Assembly: GCA_965198115.1 (NCBI GenBank) | Contig: OZ240241.1 | Coordinates: 7,520,001-7,584,000, forward strand | DNA: 64,000 nt | Source: Candidatus Latescibacterota bacterium | Lineage (GTDB): Bacteria; Latescibacterota; UBA2968 | Reading direction: 5' to 3' | Shown: positions 22,006 through 32,709 of the stretch, one piece after another | How positions within the stretch are numbered: the first letter of the stretch is position 1 | Layout of the letters: every line of letters starts with the position of its first letter | Made by a program: the position numbers and the translations under genes | The notes under the pieces: generated by a model | What the model was told of the DNA's origin: nothing | Database searches by the model: none | The model's input: only the letters and a program-made list of their open reading frames with translations

Positions 22006-23010
22006 CTAAGCCCATCGGATCACGGCCCCCAAAACCGTCTGCGCGCGCCCACGATTGACGGCATCGAACAGCTGAGGGGCATCCTCGAAGCTGCATCGAT
22101 GGGTGATCGTATGGTGCCAGGGCAGGACTCCGCTCCCCATGTTCTTGATCACGGCCCGACGGGAGGCCGCCAATCCGTCGTCGCACGGGTAGTGCATCGT
22201 GAGCCGGCGTCCGTGGGGCGGGGCGAAGTTGTAAGAGATCGGTCGCTGCCCATAGTGGCCCTGGAGGACGAAGGTGCCGTGCCGTCGGCAAAGAGCGATC
22301 GACGGGTCGATGCAATCGGGGATGCCCGTCGCTTCGAACACCACGTCGGCGCCTTCGGGAGACAGGTTTCGGACGGCTTCTTCCATATTCTCTTTGTCGG
22401 CTCGAACCACGTGATCGGCACCCAGCCGCTTCGCGATTTGCAACCGATCCCCTTCGACGTCGACCGCGACGACGACACACCCTCGGTGGGAACAGGCCGC
22501 GATCACACCCAGCCCGATCAGGCCTGCACCGTTGACCACGACAAGGTCGCCCATTCTGGGATTCGCCGTGTCCACACCGTTCAGTCCCACTGCCGGCATG
22601 ACGAACAGGCTCGACGCTTCCTCATCTGCACCGTCGGGGAGGTGAGCGCACGCGTGGTCGCCGTCCACATCGGTGATGGTGTGCGAGCAGTGGACGCCAG
22701 AGAGTCCCGTGATGCTGCTACCGTCGGTTGCCGTTATTTCGCGATTGGCCCTGTAGTAGACACGATCGTCCACAGCAAACTCGGACACGTCCGACCCGAC
22801 CGTCTCGATGATACCGACTCCCTGATACCCGGTGACCATCGGAAAGGGCCCCCGGTCGATCTTCCCTCTGATGAAGGCAAACTCCGTCCCGATGCTGACC
22901 CCTGAGTAGAGCGTTCGCACGCGCACCTGTCGTGGTCCCTCCTCGGGCAGCACCACATCATCGATCGAGAACCGCTGATTTTCAGTTGTTACGAGGGCAC
23001 GAGCATTCAT
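22006..23010 (-). CDS. MDR / zinc-binding alcohol dehydrogenase family protein
   Basis: SGVSIGTE, GAGLIG Rossmann motif, DVVFEATG. Confidence 0.85.
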   Translation of the reverse strand: MNARALVTTENQRFSIDDVVLPEEGPRQVRVRTLYSGVSIGTEFAFIRGKIDRGPFPMVTGYQGVGIIETVGSDVSEFAVDDRVYYRANREITATDGSSITGLSGVHCSHTITDVDGDHACAHLPDGADEEASSLFVMPAVGLNGVDTANPRMGDLVVVNGAGLIGLGVIAACSHRGCVVVAVDVEGDRLQIAKRLGADHVVRADKENMEEAVRNLSPEGADVVFEATGIPDCIDPSIALCRRHGTFVLQGHYGQRPISYNFAPPHGRRLTMHYPCDDGLAASRRAVIKNMGSGVLPWHHTITHRCSFEDAPQLFDAVNRGRAQTVLGAVIRWA

Positions 23011-23277
23011 AGGGCAATCGTGGTTGAGGCTTGCGTCGTGTCCTCGAGTATGCCTGCCCAGAGGGCAGGTCTGTAACGAGGGGCGCGACATGTTGCGCGG
23101 GGAAGATGGCCCTTTACCCCTCGCAAGCTCGGGGCACTCGGGCACACGGTATCGACGAAGCAAGGGTCCCTGCGTGACCCATTGCGATCTACACTCATGG
23201 ACGCCCGGGGACCGAAAAGCAGGTTGTGTCGCGGGGTGACTGGTATAGCGAAGCCCAATGCAAACATCTTCACTCTT

Positions 23278-24019
23278 CTATCTTAAATGACTGTCCGCTG
23301 CGTGTGGAGTCCCAAGCCCATTCCCCATCCGCATCAGCTGACGCTGACGGTCGGTCAGCTGATCGAACCAGGTGTCGGGAAACTCATCGTGAGGATCGAC
23401 CTGGAACACGAGCATCCGCTTGCGATAGTGCCCGAAGAGCGCGTGGCGGTTGATCGTTCCCGTGTTCTGTCCACCACCGTGCCACGTCTGTCCGTTGAAA
23501 ACGAGCACGCTTCCCGATAGGTGCGATCGCTTCGGCGACGTACTTGAGTTCGAGCGTTTACGGTGGTAAGGCGAGACCGCTTTTGTGCGATCCGGGGACG
23601 CATCGTGTCGCGCCAATCTCCGAAGTGAATTCGTCGAGCATCCAGACCGTGTTCATCATCACCGGAGATGCCATGTTCAGCATCTCCAGGGGGATATCGC
23701 TGTGAAGCTGCTGATATCCGTCTCCGGGCCGGACGATGCGGGAATTGAGACTTCCCAGTATGAGAGTTTCGCCGAGGAAATGTTCCAGGATGGGGAGAAC
23801 TCTCAGATGGTCGATGGTCTTGAAGAATGAAGGATCGAGCGTTGGGAGATTGGCGACGTGTCGCGCCGTTCCCCTGTGTGTGTGGTCGGTACCGACCTCC
23901 TGCTCACACCTGATGAGGGCTTCGCGCATCTCGACTGCTTCGTCTTCCGTGAGTACACGTTCGAGAATCGCGAACCCGTAGACCTCGATTTCCTGTATCG
24001 CAAGTTCCGTTTCGGTCAT
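23278..24019 (-). CDS. PhyH family dioxygenase (frameshifts ~23520-23570)
   Basis: LHSD, GATRCVPGSH, GSVLVFNGQTWHGGGQN. Confidence 0.8.
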
Positions 24020-24204
24020 AGGACAAGTATCTCTTCTGTAAGCAGTGTGAAGTATTTGAGGCACCGCTCATCCCGAGCCGTGTCCTGAGTGTCGACCGCT
24101 ATGGTCGCCGTACCGAAGGGTGACCTGATCCTGTGAATGAGTGTGCTACTGTCTGGAACCAAGATGGAGGTTGTATAAAGGGCGAGCGGTCCCCAACAGA
24201 TAGA

Positions 24205-25371
24205 TTACCCAATCCTCGATATTCGATCCTCGATATTCAATTCGTAAATCTGTCGCCCTGTCCCGCCGTGCGCCGAGTCGATGGTGACTCGTTTCCCGTC
24301 CCGACTCGATCGGGGATGAAGATCACAGCGCCATTCACCGGTATAGGGTTCGGGCGATGGAAACGTGCCCAACTCGCGGCGTTCACCCGTGGGCGTGTGA
24401 TAGAGATAGAGCTGCTGATCGCGGGAATCCCCCTGTGGATAGCAGTCGTTGAGAATCCAGTCGGTGTCGGGAAGGTAGGTGCAGTGACCGTTCAGCGTCA
24501 TGACGTCTTCACCGATGACGTCCACTCGATCGGTCTGATCCGTGTAGACGTAGAAAGCGGCCTCGTGGGAGGGTTGCCACGACCACGCGAGGATCGTTTC
24601 GGGGTCGCGCCAGATGAAGTGTGACATTCTCCCGTAGTCGTCGACGACGTGAAGACCCGATCCGTCGGCGTTGGCGGTGAGCATGCGGGTGTGAAAACCT
24701 CCCTCACCGAGCCGCCATCGATGGAGGAAAATGAAACGTGAGCCGTCCGTGTTGTAGAGCAAGTGGTTGAAGTAGTGCTTGGCTTCAGAAATGTCCCCGT
24801 GAGGGTAGGGGAGCGCCGCGATCTGCGCGATCGAGATGATCTGTCGCGAGTCACCGCTGGCCAGATCGACGGTGTAGATGCCGGCGGTATCCGGCGCGAG
24901 GACATCGCTGTTCGGGTCCGGAAGCCCCGCATAGCCATACCCAGGGCGCATGTCGTTGATCCGCCGGAAGTCGGCGCCGATTGCTGATTGGCCATCGGGG
25001 GCGATCGTGTAAACAGCCTCTGGCAGCGTCCGCTCAGACCCGTCGGTCGTGTCGTGGATGCGGGCGACGAACCGATCACCTTCCCGCTGATTCCATATGA
25101 TCTCGGTGTCCGATTGTGGAATCCACTGGAGCATGCAGCCCTGCTGCCAGCCCCAGGACTGTGTGGTGCCGATCTCGCGCCACCCATCGCCGTCCTGCGT
25201 GTCGATGAGGCCGATTCTGATCTCGTCGTCGGCCGTCGGTGACCGATGCTCGAAATCGACCTGCATTCCTAGGATGTAATGCCCCGGCGGGTCGAACTGA
25301 AGCTTATCGTAATACCCGAACCAATGATGCTTCGGCCCTGACGTGATCGCGCGAATCGGAACAGAATCCAT
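24205..25371 (-). CDS. Beta-propeller protein (TolB / oligogalacturonate-lyase-like)
   Basis: HHWFGYYDK, WGWQQGCMLQW, RCDLHPR...IDSAH. Confidence 0.65.
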   Translation of the reverse strand: MDSVPIRAITSGPKHHWFGYYDKLQFDPPGHYILGMQVDFEHRSPTADDEIRIGLIDTQDGDGWREIGTTQSWGWQQGCMLQWIPQSDTEIIWNQREGDRFVARIHDTTDGSERTLPEAVYTIAPDGQSAIGADFRRINDMRPGYGYAGLPDPNSDVLAPDTAGIYTVDLASGDSRQIISIAQIAALPYPHGDISEAKHYFNHLLYNTDGSRFIFLHRWRLGEGGFHTRMLTANADGSGLHVVDDYGRMSHFIWRDPETILAWSWQPSHEAAFYVYTDQTDRVDVIGEDVMTLNGHCTYLPDTDWILNDCYPQGDSRDQQLYLYHTPTGERRELGTFPSPEPYTGEWRCDLHPRSSRDGKRVTIDSAHGGTGRQIYELNIEDRISRIG

Positions 25372-25452
25372 GACGTAAGCTCGCTCAGAAGACGTTCGAT
25401 CGATTCCCGCATCGACGCCGTCTCTCTGGTCACTGGTCACTGAAGAAGCTGT

Positions 25453-26541
25453 CTACTCGAAGACGATCACCTGCCGCGCCACTTCGCCCACGAGCAATGC
25501 TTCGAACGCGTCGTTGATCTCATCGAGCGTAATGTTACGCGTGATCATCTCGTCCAGCTTGAGGAGGCCCTTGAAATACATCTCGACGTAGTTAGGCATG
25601 TCGACGCGGAACCGGTTCGATCCCATGCTGGACCCCTGGAGCTTCCTCTCGCCGAGGACGTCCTGCGGAGAGATCTCGATTTTCACCCCCTCGGGAACCA
25701 TTCCGATGAGTGTTGCCGTACCCCCGCGCTCGAGGACGCCGAACGCCTGCTCGGCCGTTTCTTTCAACCCGACGGCTTCGAACGAATAGGCGACGCCGTT
25801 TCCTTCCGTCAGATCCATGATCTGCTCGACCGGGTCGCCGTCTCGAGCGTTCACCAGGTCGGTCGCGCCGAGCTGTTTCGCGAGCTGAAGTTTCGAGCTG
25901 ATCGTGTCAACGGCGATGATGCGCCCGGCCGAGCCTATGCGCGCTCCCTGCACGGCGCTGAGTCCGATCCCTCCGCACCCGAACACGGCAACCGTGCTGC
26001 CCGGCGTCACCTTGGCCGTGTTGAGGGCCGCACCGACGCCCGTGGTCACACCGCAACCGATCAGGGCTGCTTTATCCAGAGGCATGTCTTCCCTGATTTT
26101 ACAAACTGCGTGCTCGTGGACGAGGAGCTGCTCGGCGTAAGAGGCCAGATTGGCGAACTGGAAGAGCTCGTCGCCGTCCTGGCTCAGTCGGGGTGTCTCC
26201 GCCTCCTTGCGTTGAGTCGACTCCTTGTCTTCGCACAGGTTGGGGCGTCCCGTCGTGCAGTAGCGACAGTGACCGCAGAAGACCGAGAGACACGTAATGA
26301 CGTGGTCGCCCGGCTTCACGTAGGTGACCTCCGAGCCGACCGCCTCGACGATGCCGGCTGACTCGTGACCCAGGACGGCCGGCATGGGGCACGTATACAG
26401 GCCTTGCTGGAAGTGGACGTCGCTGTGACAGACGCCGGCCGCGGCCGTACGGATGAGGACCTCGTGACCGATCGGATCCGCGATCGTGACATCGGCCACG
26501 TCGATCGGTTGATGGGCTTCGCGAAGAATCGCTGCTTTCAT
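25453..26541 (-). CDS. Zn-dependent alcohol dehydrogenase
   Basis: CHSD, GHE, structural-Zn CGHCRYC...C, GCGGIG. Confidence 0.92.
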   Translation of the reverse strand: MKAAILREAHQPIDVADVTIADPIGHEVLIRTAAAGVCHSDVHFQQGLYTCPMPAVLGHESAGIVEAVGSEVTYVKPGDHVITCLSVFCGHCRYCTTGRPNLCEDKESTQRKEAETPRLSQDGDELFQFANLASYAEQLLVHEHAVCKIREDMPLDKAALIGCGVTTGVGAALNTAKVTPGSTVAVFGCGGIGLSAVQGARIGSAGRIIAVDTISSKLQLAKQLGATDLVNARDGDPVEQIMDLTEGNGVAYSFEAVGLKETAEQAFGVLERGGTATLIGMVPEGVKIEISPQDVLGERKLQGSSMGSNRFRVDMPNYVEMYFKGLLKLDEMITRNITLDEINDAFEALLVGEVARQVIVFE

Positions 26542-26551
26542 TCAGACCCTC

Positions 26552-27981
26552 CTACTCTCCGTAGTAAGTGCGCTTGAAGTACTGCGTGAATCCTTCGACG
26601 CCCGGCCAGCGTACGTGTCGTGGGATGTCGGGCGACAACTCATCTCTTGCACCACCTTCCAGCCAGACGAGGATCTCGGGATGTGTATCGCGTCTTCCGA
26701 TCTCGGCGACCCCCAATTCGTGGAGACGCTGCAGCTCCTCGTCCAGACCCGCGATAGGATCCTCACTCCCGTAGTGTCGGAGGATCGACGCTTCGGGCGT
26801 CGGCTGCCATTCGAGCCAGGCATCCCGACCGAAGACCGAAAAGTAGTTTGGATCCCAGTTGAAGATCGTCGCTTCTTTCGTGGCCGATCCTGCGGCCGGT
26901 CCAGCCACGGCTACCTCACGATCCGTCCGTCCAGTTGGAAGATCGTGGCCTACGCAGTGCGGCATCGTCGCGTTCGCGAGACCCAGAATCGTCGCCGTCA
27001 AGTCCTGAGGCTGAACGATCGTGTCAGACCGCGAGGCGGCCCCGTGCGGAAGCCGGATGAACAGTGGGATGCGCGCCTCCGCATCTCTGACGGGAGACCC
27101 TTTCCCGAACGTCCCGTAGTGACCTGTCTTCGTTCCGTGATCCCCGACCAGAAGGATCGCCGTGTTCTTCGATAGACCGCTTTCGTAGAAGGCGTCGAGA
27201 AACCGGCCGAAGCAGTGATCCATCCAGCTGACTTTGGCCGCGTAGAGCGAAGCCATGACCGCTCGGGCCTCGGTCGACAGTGCGTCGTCATTTCGCCCTC
27301 CCCAGAAGTGACGTGGATCGACGGTTCCATCGTGGTCCGGGCGGGGATCGAATCGTCGGACGAACTGGGGAGGTGCATCCCAGGGCTCGTGGGGATCGAA
27401 GCAGTCGATCCAGAGGAACAGGTTCTCTCGCCTTCGATTGTCCTGCAGGAGGCGAGCGGCCGTATCGAAGAGTCGCGCGCAGTTCCAATCTTCCTCTGTC
27501 CGTCGATTCCGATTGGTGAGGTATAGGCTACGAAGTTCGCCGTGCCTTCATCGCAGACATCGAAAAGCGGGTCGCGGCGCCAGTTGGGTAGCCACACGGC
27601 TTCGTCTGTGAGCCAGGCACGATCCACCTCTGCCCCGCGCACGAAGGTCCACGTGTGAAACGGATAGTCGAAGTTGTGACCGCCGTTGACGAGGTGGGGA
27701 GTGTCGTGGATCAGCTGCGTGGCGTATCCGGTTTCCTTCAGTGCGTCGACAAACGTGATTGCAGCGTGGGGGAGAGGAAGCCACGCGTGAAACGGTCCCC
27801 CGTAGCGGCCGGTAATCAGGTCTGTGCGGAACGGTATCGTCGGAAAGCTCGAGCAGAAGGCACGATCATACGCCGTCGATTCGGCCGCCAACCGGTCGAT
27901 GTTTGGTGTGGGAATGGATCCACCATTTGCGGAGATCGCGTCATATCGCAGCGTATCGATGACGACCAGAATGATGTTCAT
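26552..27981 (-). CDS. Sulfatase-family hydrolase with Thr at the nucleophile position (frameshifts ~27520 and ~27260)
   Basis: NIILVVIDTLRYD, TPNIDRLA, SFPTIPFR, DPHEPWD in shifted frame, GDHG. Confidence 0.8.
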
Positions 27982-28067
27982 TCAGCAGTCCAGAATGGGG
28001 GTTGTGTCCGCGCGTGCATAAGAGTGCTCTCTCCCGTGCACCCCGTTCCCTTGTCCCTCTGCGGCCT

Positions 28068-29249
28068 CTACCAATTCGCCTTTCCTTCCCACGGATGCGC
28101 GAGAACAACCTCTTCGTTCAGATCGGTACCGAATCCGATGCCGGTCGGAATCTTGAGGTGGCCATCCGCAATCTCGGGCTGGATCGTTACGAGGTCGTCC
28201 TTCCAGGCGACATCGTCGATGTCGATTTCTTGGATTCGCACGTTGGGAAGTGTCGCGCACAGGCTCGCGCTGATGAATGTCGAGAGATGGCTGTAATAGT
28301 TGTGGGGCGCGACGTTGAGCTGATACACCTCCGCCAGATCGCCGATCTTTTTCGACTGTGCGAATCCGTTCCAGGGCACGTCGATCATGAAGACGTCCGC
28401 CGCGCGGCATTCGAAATAGGGGAGGAATTCTCTCATGTAGAAGAGATTCTCTCCCGTGCAGATCTTGGTCGACGTGGAATCTTTGATCTGACGGATGGCC
28501 CTATGCTCGTACATGTCGATTTCGAGCCACAGGAGGTCGAATTGTTCGAGGACCTGGGCGATTCGGATACAGGCTTCGGGCTTGAAGTTGAAATTGAGGT
28601 CGAGATTGATGTCGAAGTCGGGGCCGACGGCATCTCGGAAGGTGCCGATCAAGGTCTCGATGTGACGGAGCAGACCGCGGGAGACGTTTCCGTCAGTCGA
28701 TCCGGGTCGTCCGCCGAATCCACCGAAGTAGTTGCGGCTCTCGGCGGGCAGGAGAATGTTGGTCTTGAGAGCTGTGAATCCCTTCGCGACGACTTCCTTT
28801 CCCAGTGCGGAGACGTCGTCCATGGATCGAACGGGTTCGACGTCCAGATGGTCGGCGTGGGCGACCCGGGATGTGCCGCAATGGGACCAATAAAGACGTA
28901 TATCCTCGCGGGTCGGGCCACCGAAGAGCTCGGTGACCGAAATGCCGAGCGCTTTGGCCTTGATGTCGATGAGAGCGAGTTCGATGCCTGCGATGGCCTT
29001 GCACGCGATGCCGCTCGGACTCTGACGTGACCCCCTGACCATGTCCCAGAATCGCATTTCGTAGGGACGTGGGTCCTTCCCGATGATCAGGGGTTTGAGG
29101 TCCTCGATCGTGCCCACGACGCCTTTGGGGCTGCGGCCATCGCTGCATTCGCCGTAGCCGGTGATGCCTTCGTCCGTGGTGACCTTTGTGAAGATCCACG
29201 GTCGCCATCCTGCGTCGACGACGAATGTCTGAATGTCGGTGACTTTCAC
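28068..29249 (-). CDS. Mandelate racemase / muconate lactonizing (enolase superfamily) enzyme
   Basis: TDEGITGYGE, AGIELALIDIKAK, TGEN, APHN. Confidence 0.9.
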   Translation of the reverse strand: MKVTDIQTFVVDAGWRPWIFTKVTTDEGITGYGECSDGRSPKGVVGTIEDLKPLIIGKDPRPYEMRFWDMVRGSRQSPSGIACKAIAGIELALIDIKAKALGISVTELFGGPTREDIRLYWSHCGTSRVAHADHLDVEPVRSMDDVSALGKEVVAKGFTALKTNILLPAESRNYFGGFGGRPGSTDGNVSRGLLRHIETLIGTFRDAVGPDFDINLDLNFNFKPEACIRIAQVLEQFDLLWLEIDMYEHRAIRQIKDSTSTKICTGENLFYMREFLPYFECRAADVFMIDVPWNGFAQSKKIGDLAEVYQLNVAPHNYYSHLSTFISASLCATLPNVRIQEIDIDDVAWKDDLVTIQPEIADGHLKIPTGIGFGTDLNEEVVLAHPWEGKANW

Positions 29250-30010
29250 GAAAGCTCCTTCTTTTCTTCGTCGACAGGTGGATCGCACACCCGGTTGAAA
29301 CCCAGTCGGTTCTTTCCCCTGACGAGGTGCAGGGCGTGGTTCGGCGAATCCCATTTCAACACGGTCACGAAGGGGAGAATGACCCGGATCGCAAGACCGA
29401 TTCTCCGTCTGCTCGACGTGTTGGGGTGTGAGTGGTGGAGCGTGCGCTCGTTGAACAGAATGAATTCACCGGGCGCCATCTCCAGATCGACGGCTTCATC
29501 GGGATCGTAGTAGCTCTCGTCTCCCATTTCTCCGAAGATCGCATCTGGACCTGACTTCACGTGGGGGATGACCTTGCGGTGAGAACCCGGAATGACCTGT
29601 AGGCAACTGTTCTCGGTCGTGGCTTCGTCAACCGCGATCCAGGCCGAGACGATGACTGGGGGTTCGAGGGGCCAGTAGTTGAAGTCCTGATGCCACGGGA
29701 TGCGCCTGGCCCCGGGCTCTTTGATGAAAAAGTTGGTTCGCCAGAGAAGGAGATCCGGCCCGTAGAGAGAGGCCATGGGCGTGATGATCGCGGGATGCGT
29801 GGCCAGATCGTAAATCAGTCGATGATCGAGGTGTCTGTTGTGGATTCGGTTGGTGTGACCGGGTGGCGTCGAGGCGAGGGCGTTTTCGATGTGGGGCGTC
29901 AGTTCGGCCATCTTCGCGGGTGACATCAGCGGATAGGGACCCAGATAGCCCTGGTCCTTGAAGGCCCCGACTTCCTCAAGGCTCAATGTGTTCTCCGCGA
30001 TCGCTTCCAC
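29246..30010 (-). CDS. PhyH family dioxygenase
   Basis: FFIKEPG, WHQD, IPGSH, LHHSHPN...RRIG. Confidence 0.88.
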   Translation of the reverse strand: MEAIAENTLSLEEVGAFKDQGYLGPYPLMSPAKMAELTPHIENALASTPPGHTNRIHNRHLDHRLIYDLATHPAIITPMASLYGPDLLLWRTNFFIKEPGARRIPWHQDFNYWPLEPPVIVSAWIAVDEATTENSCLQVIPGSHRKVIPHVKSGPDAIFGEMGDESYYDPDEAVDLEMAPGEFILFNERTLHHSHPNTSSRRRIGLAIRVILPFVTVLKWDSPNHALHLVRGKNRLGFNRVCDPPVDEEKKELS

Positions 30011-30246
30011 TCGTTTTCTCCCGCAAAATGGAGGGCGAATATAGCGCTGGCACCCTCCCCGCGCAATCCGTCCTCCCCGTTCGACGGGCCGTGCTGAATG
30101 ACAACGTGTCTGTTGCCTCGAAGCTCTGCCAACGGAAATTCCTTCCTCAAACGGCCGTTCCGACAGGGCGAGGTTTCATCCAAAACACAAGATAAATTAA
30201 TTTAAAACAAGAAGTTATATATGAATTCCGAGATAGGGGTGGTCAG

Positions 30247-30262
30247 TGGCATATGGCTTGCA
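30247..30262 (+). promoter_or_regulatory. sigma54 (-24/-12) promoter of the flagellar operon
   Basis: TGGCAT-ATGGC-TTGCA (GG-N10-GC) preceded by an AT-rich tract. Confidence 0.75.
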
Positions 30263-30315
30263 ATCAGGATCGATGAACTCATACGTCTATCCACCCCGAA
30301 ACACGAGACGATACG

Positions 30316-31086
30316 ATGATTCAAGGTCTATATGAGTCCGGCACGAGCATGATGAACCGTGCAACGAGGCAGGATGTCATCGCGAACAACATCTCGAACT
30401 CCGAAGTACCTGGTTTCAAGCGCGATGGCGTGTTTTTGAGAGAATTGGGCGAAGCTCGCCGCAAAGGGTCGGGTGCCCATCCCGTCTGGAGAAATGACCG
30501 GCTGGCTGGCGCGTTCATCGATTTTGGTCAGGGCACGCTCCGGCAGACGGGGAGCAGCCGTCACGTGGCCATCCACGGAACCGGTTTCTTCCAGGTTCGA
30601 ACCCCTCAAGGCGATGTCTACACCCGAAACGGTGAGTTCTCGCTCACCAACCAGGGCGTGCTCGTCACGAACCTCGGTCATCCTGTGCTTGACGATAGGG
30701 GAGGCGAGATCGCGCTCGAAGGGCCCGATTTCACCGTGAACGATGGCGGAGAGATCATCCAGAACGGGGAGCCGAAGGCCACCCTCGGGATATTCGATTT
30801 CGAGAAGGACGCCGACGGGTTTTACCAGGATCCCGATGGCGTGACCCGTCTAGAGCGGAAACAGAACGGGTTCTTCTTTCCCAAACCGGGTGTCAATCGA
30901 TTGGCAAAGGATCCTCAGACGAAGCTCCTGCAGGGCTATCTGGAAGAGGCAAACATCGATCCCATCACGCAAATGGTCGATATGCTCGAGGTCGTTCGGT
31001 CGTATGAGGCCGATCAGCGCGCCATTCGGGCGCAGAACGAGACGCTCGGCCGTTCGGTCAATGACGTCGGGAGCATTCGTGTTTAG
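30316..31086 (+). CDS. flgF: Flagellar basal-body rod protein FlgF
   Basis: ANNISNSEVPGFK, YTRNGEF, QGYLEEAN. Confidence 0.85.
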   Translation: MIQGLYESGTSMMNRATRQDVIANNISNSEVPGFKRDGVFLRELGEARRKGSGAHPVWRNDRLAGAFIDFGQGTLRQTGSSRHVAIHGTGFFQVRTPQGDVYTRNGEFSLTNQGVLVTNLGHPVLDDRGGEIALEGPDFTVNDGGEIIQNGEPKATLGIFDFEKDADGFYQDPDGVTRLERKQNGFFFPKPGVNRLAKDPQTKLLQGYLEEANIDPITQMVDMLEVVRSYEADQRAIRAQNETLGRSVNDVGSIRV

Positions 31087-31139
31087 CAAGATTGAAAACC
31101 ATCCCATCCCCTGAAACACCCCATCTGAAGAGGTGAACC

Positions 31140-31943
31140 GTGTCACGAGCATTGAGAACAGCCGCATCAGGAATGGTTGCCCAGCAACTGAACATCGACA
31201 ACATCTCGAACAATCTTTCGAACGTAAACACGACGGGATTCAAGAAGAGCAAGGCGGAGTTTCAGGACCTGCTCTACCAGACGATCCGTACCGCAGGGAC
31301 ATCGGCGGCGCAGGGCGCGTTGGTACCCGTCGAGATTCAGATCGGATACGGATCTCGAGTCGTGGCGACGAACAAGATTTTCGAGCAGGGCCAGGTGACG
31401 GCCACGAACAACGCATTCGATCTCGCGATCGAAAACGAAGGGATCAACGGCGACGGATTCTTCCAGATCAGCCTCCCGGACGGCACGCTGGCCTACACAC
31501 GCGATGGCGCCTTCAAGCTGTCGCAAGACGGGCAAGTCGTCACATCGGACGGTTTCATTCTGGATCCTCCCATTTCGATCTCCCAAGACGCTGTGAGCGT
31601 GAACATCGTTAAAGACGGGACCGTCGAGGTGCTGCAGGCCGGTACGACGGCGGCTGCCAACGTGGGAACGATCGAACTGGCCAAGTTCATCAACCCCGCC
31701 GGGCTTCGCAGCATCGGACGAAATCTGTATTTGGAGACGGAGGCCTCGGGTCCCCCCCTTACGGGCCAGCCCAACACGCAGGGCTTCGGCCGTGTGTCGC
31801 AGGGCTTCCTGGAGCTGTCGAACGTGAGCGTCGTCGACGAGCTCGTGAACATGATCATGGCGCAGCGCACGTATGAAGTGAACGCGCGCGCGGTCCGAAC
31901 TTCCGATGAGATGATGCAGGCGACAACGAACATCGCCGGCTAA
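31140..31943 (+). CDS. flgG: Flagellar basal-body rod protein FlgG
   Basis: SNNLSNVNTTGFKKS...FQDLLYQ, YTRDGAF, QGFLELSNV. Confidence 0.95.
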   Translation: MSRALRTAASGMVAQQLNIDNISNNLSNVNTTGFKKSKAEFQDLLYQTIRTAGTSAAQGALVPVEIQIGYGSRVVATNKIFEQGQVTATNNAFDLAIENEGINGDGFFQISLPDGTLAYTRDGAFKLSQDGQVVTSDGFILDPPISISQDAVSVNIVKDGTVEVLQAGTTAAANVGTIELAKFINPAGLRSIGRNLYLETEASGPPLTGQPNTQGFGRVSQGFLELSNVSVVDELVNMIMAQRTYEVNARAVRTSDEMMQATTNIAG

Positions 31944-31969
31944 CCTGATTGAACACGAGGATGGGTTCC

Positions 31970-32683
31970 ATGCGTAAGTCATTCGTTTACTCGACGCTGG
32001 TTGCGATCTGGGTGGCTCTGCTCTGCCTGGGTGAGGGGATTGCGGACGTCGCGGTTTCGGAGAGCCAGGTGCAGGAAGCTGTCGAGTCCTACGTGAACGA
32101 TTTTCTAGATTTTAGCGGAGACTTGGAGATCACGGCTCGAAGAAGGGGTCCCGTGATGGTCAGTGGCACGGGCAGCGTGTCAGTCCAGGTCGTTCCTTCC
32201 TCCCGACGCGTGAGCGCACGGGCGATTCCCGTTCTTGTGGAGTTTGTGCGTGGTCCGGTCGTCGTCGAGACGATTCCGGTCGTGGCCACCGTGCGCTATT
32301 TCGAGCAGGTGCTCGTGGCGGCGCGACCGATTCAACGAGGAGAGAGGCTCGAATCCGAGGCAGTCAACCTGGAACGTCGCGAAGTGACCGCTCATCTGGA
32401 CCGCTACTTTACGAATACGGACGATCTGGAAGGCAAGCGGGTGAAGACGCGGATCGGGTTCGGACGAACGATCGAGCCCCGCTACATCGAAGCGATTCCT
32501 ACCGTGAGTAAAGGCGATCTGGTTCGAATCGAGGTGCGGCTCAGTGGGGTTACGGCGAGTGTGGAAGGCATTGCATCCGAGTCGGGTGTGACAGGCGACG
32601 TGATCGTCGTCAAGAACGCCGCTTCCAGACAGAAGTTGATGGCTGAGGTCATCGGTCCTGGTCGCGTTCGCGTGGCGCTATGA
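31970..32683 (+). CDS. flgA: P-ring formation chaperone FlgA
   Basis: SAF-like VLVAARPIQRG, VSKGDLV, GDVIVVKNAAS; operon position. Confidence 0.85.
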   Translation: MRKSFVYSTLVAIWVALLCLGEGIADVAVSESQVQEAVESYVNDFLDFSGDLEITARRRGPVMVSGTGSVSVQVVPSSRRVSARAIPVLVEFVRGPVVVETIPVVATVRYFEQVLVAARPIQRGERLESEAVNLERREVTAHLDRYFTNTDDLEGKRVKTRIGFGRTIEPRYIEAIPTVSKGDLVRIEVRLSGVTASVEGIASESGVTGDVIVVKNAASRQKLMAEVIGPGRVRVAL

Positions 32684-32709
32684 ACGTCGGGAGAAAAGGT
32701 GAACGAGCG

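Noticed and set aside
23011-23277. Intergenic gaps (also 1530-1790) as riboswitch or small gene
   Set aside because: No recognisable motif or convincing ORF by eye
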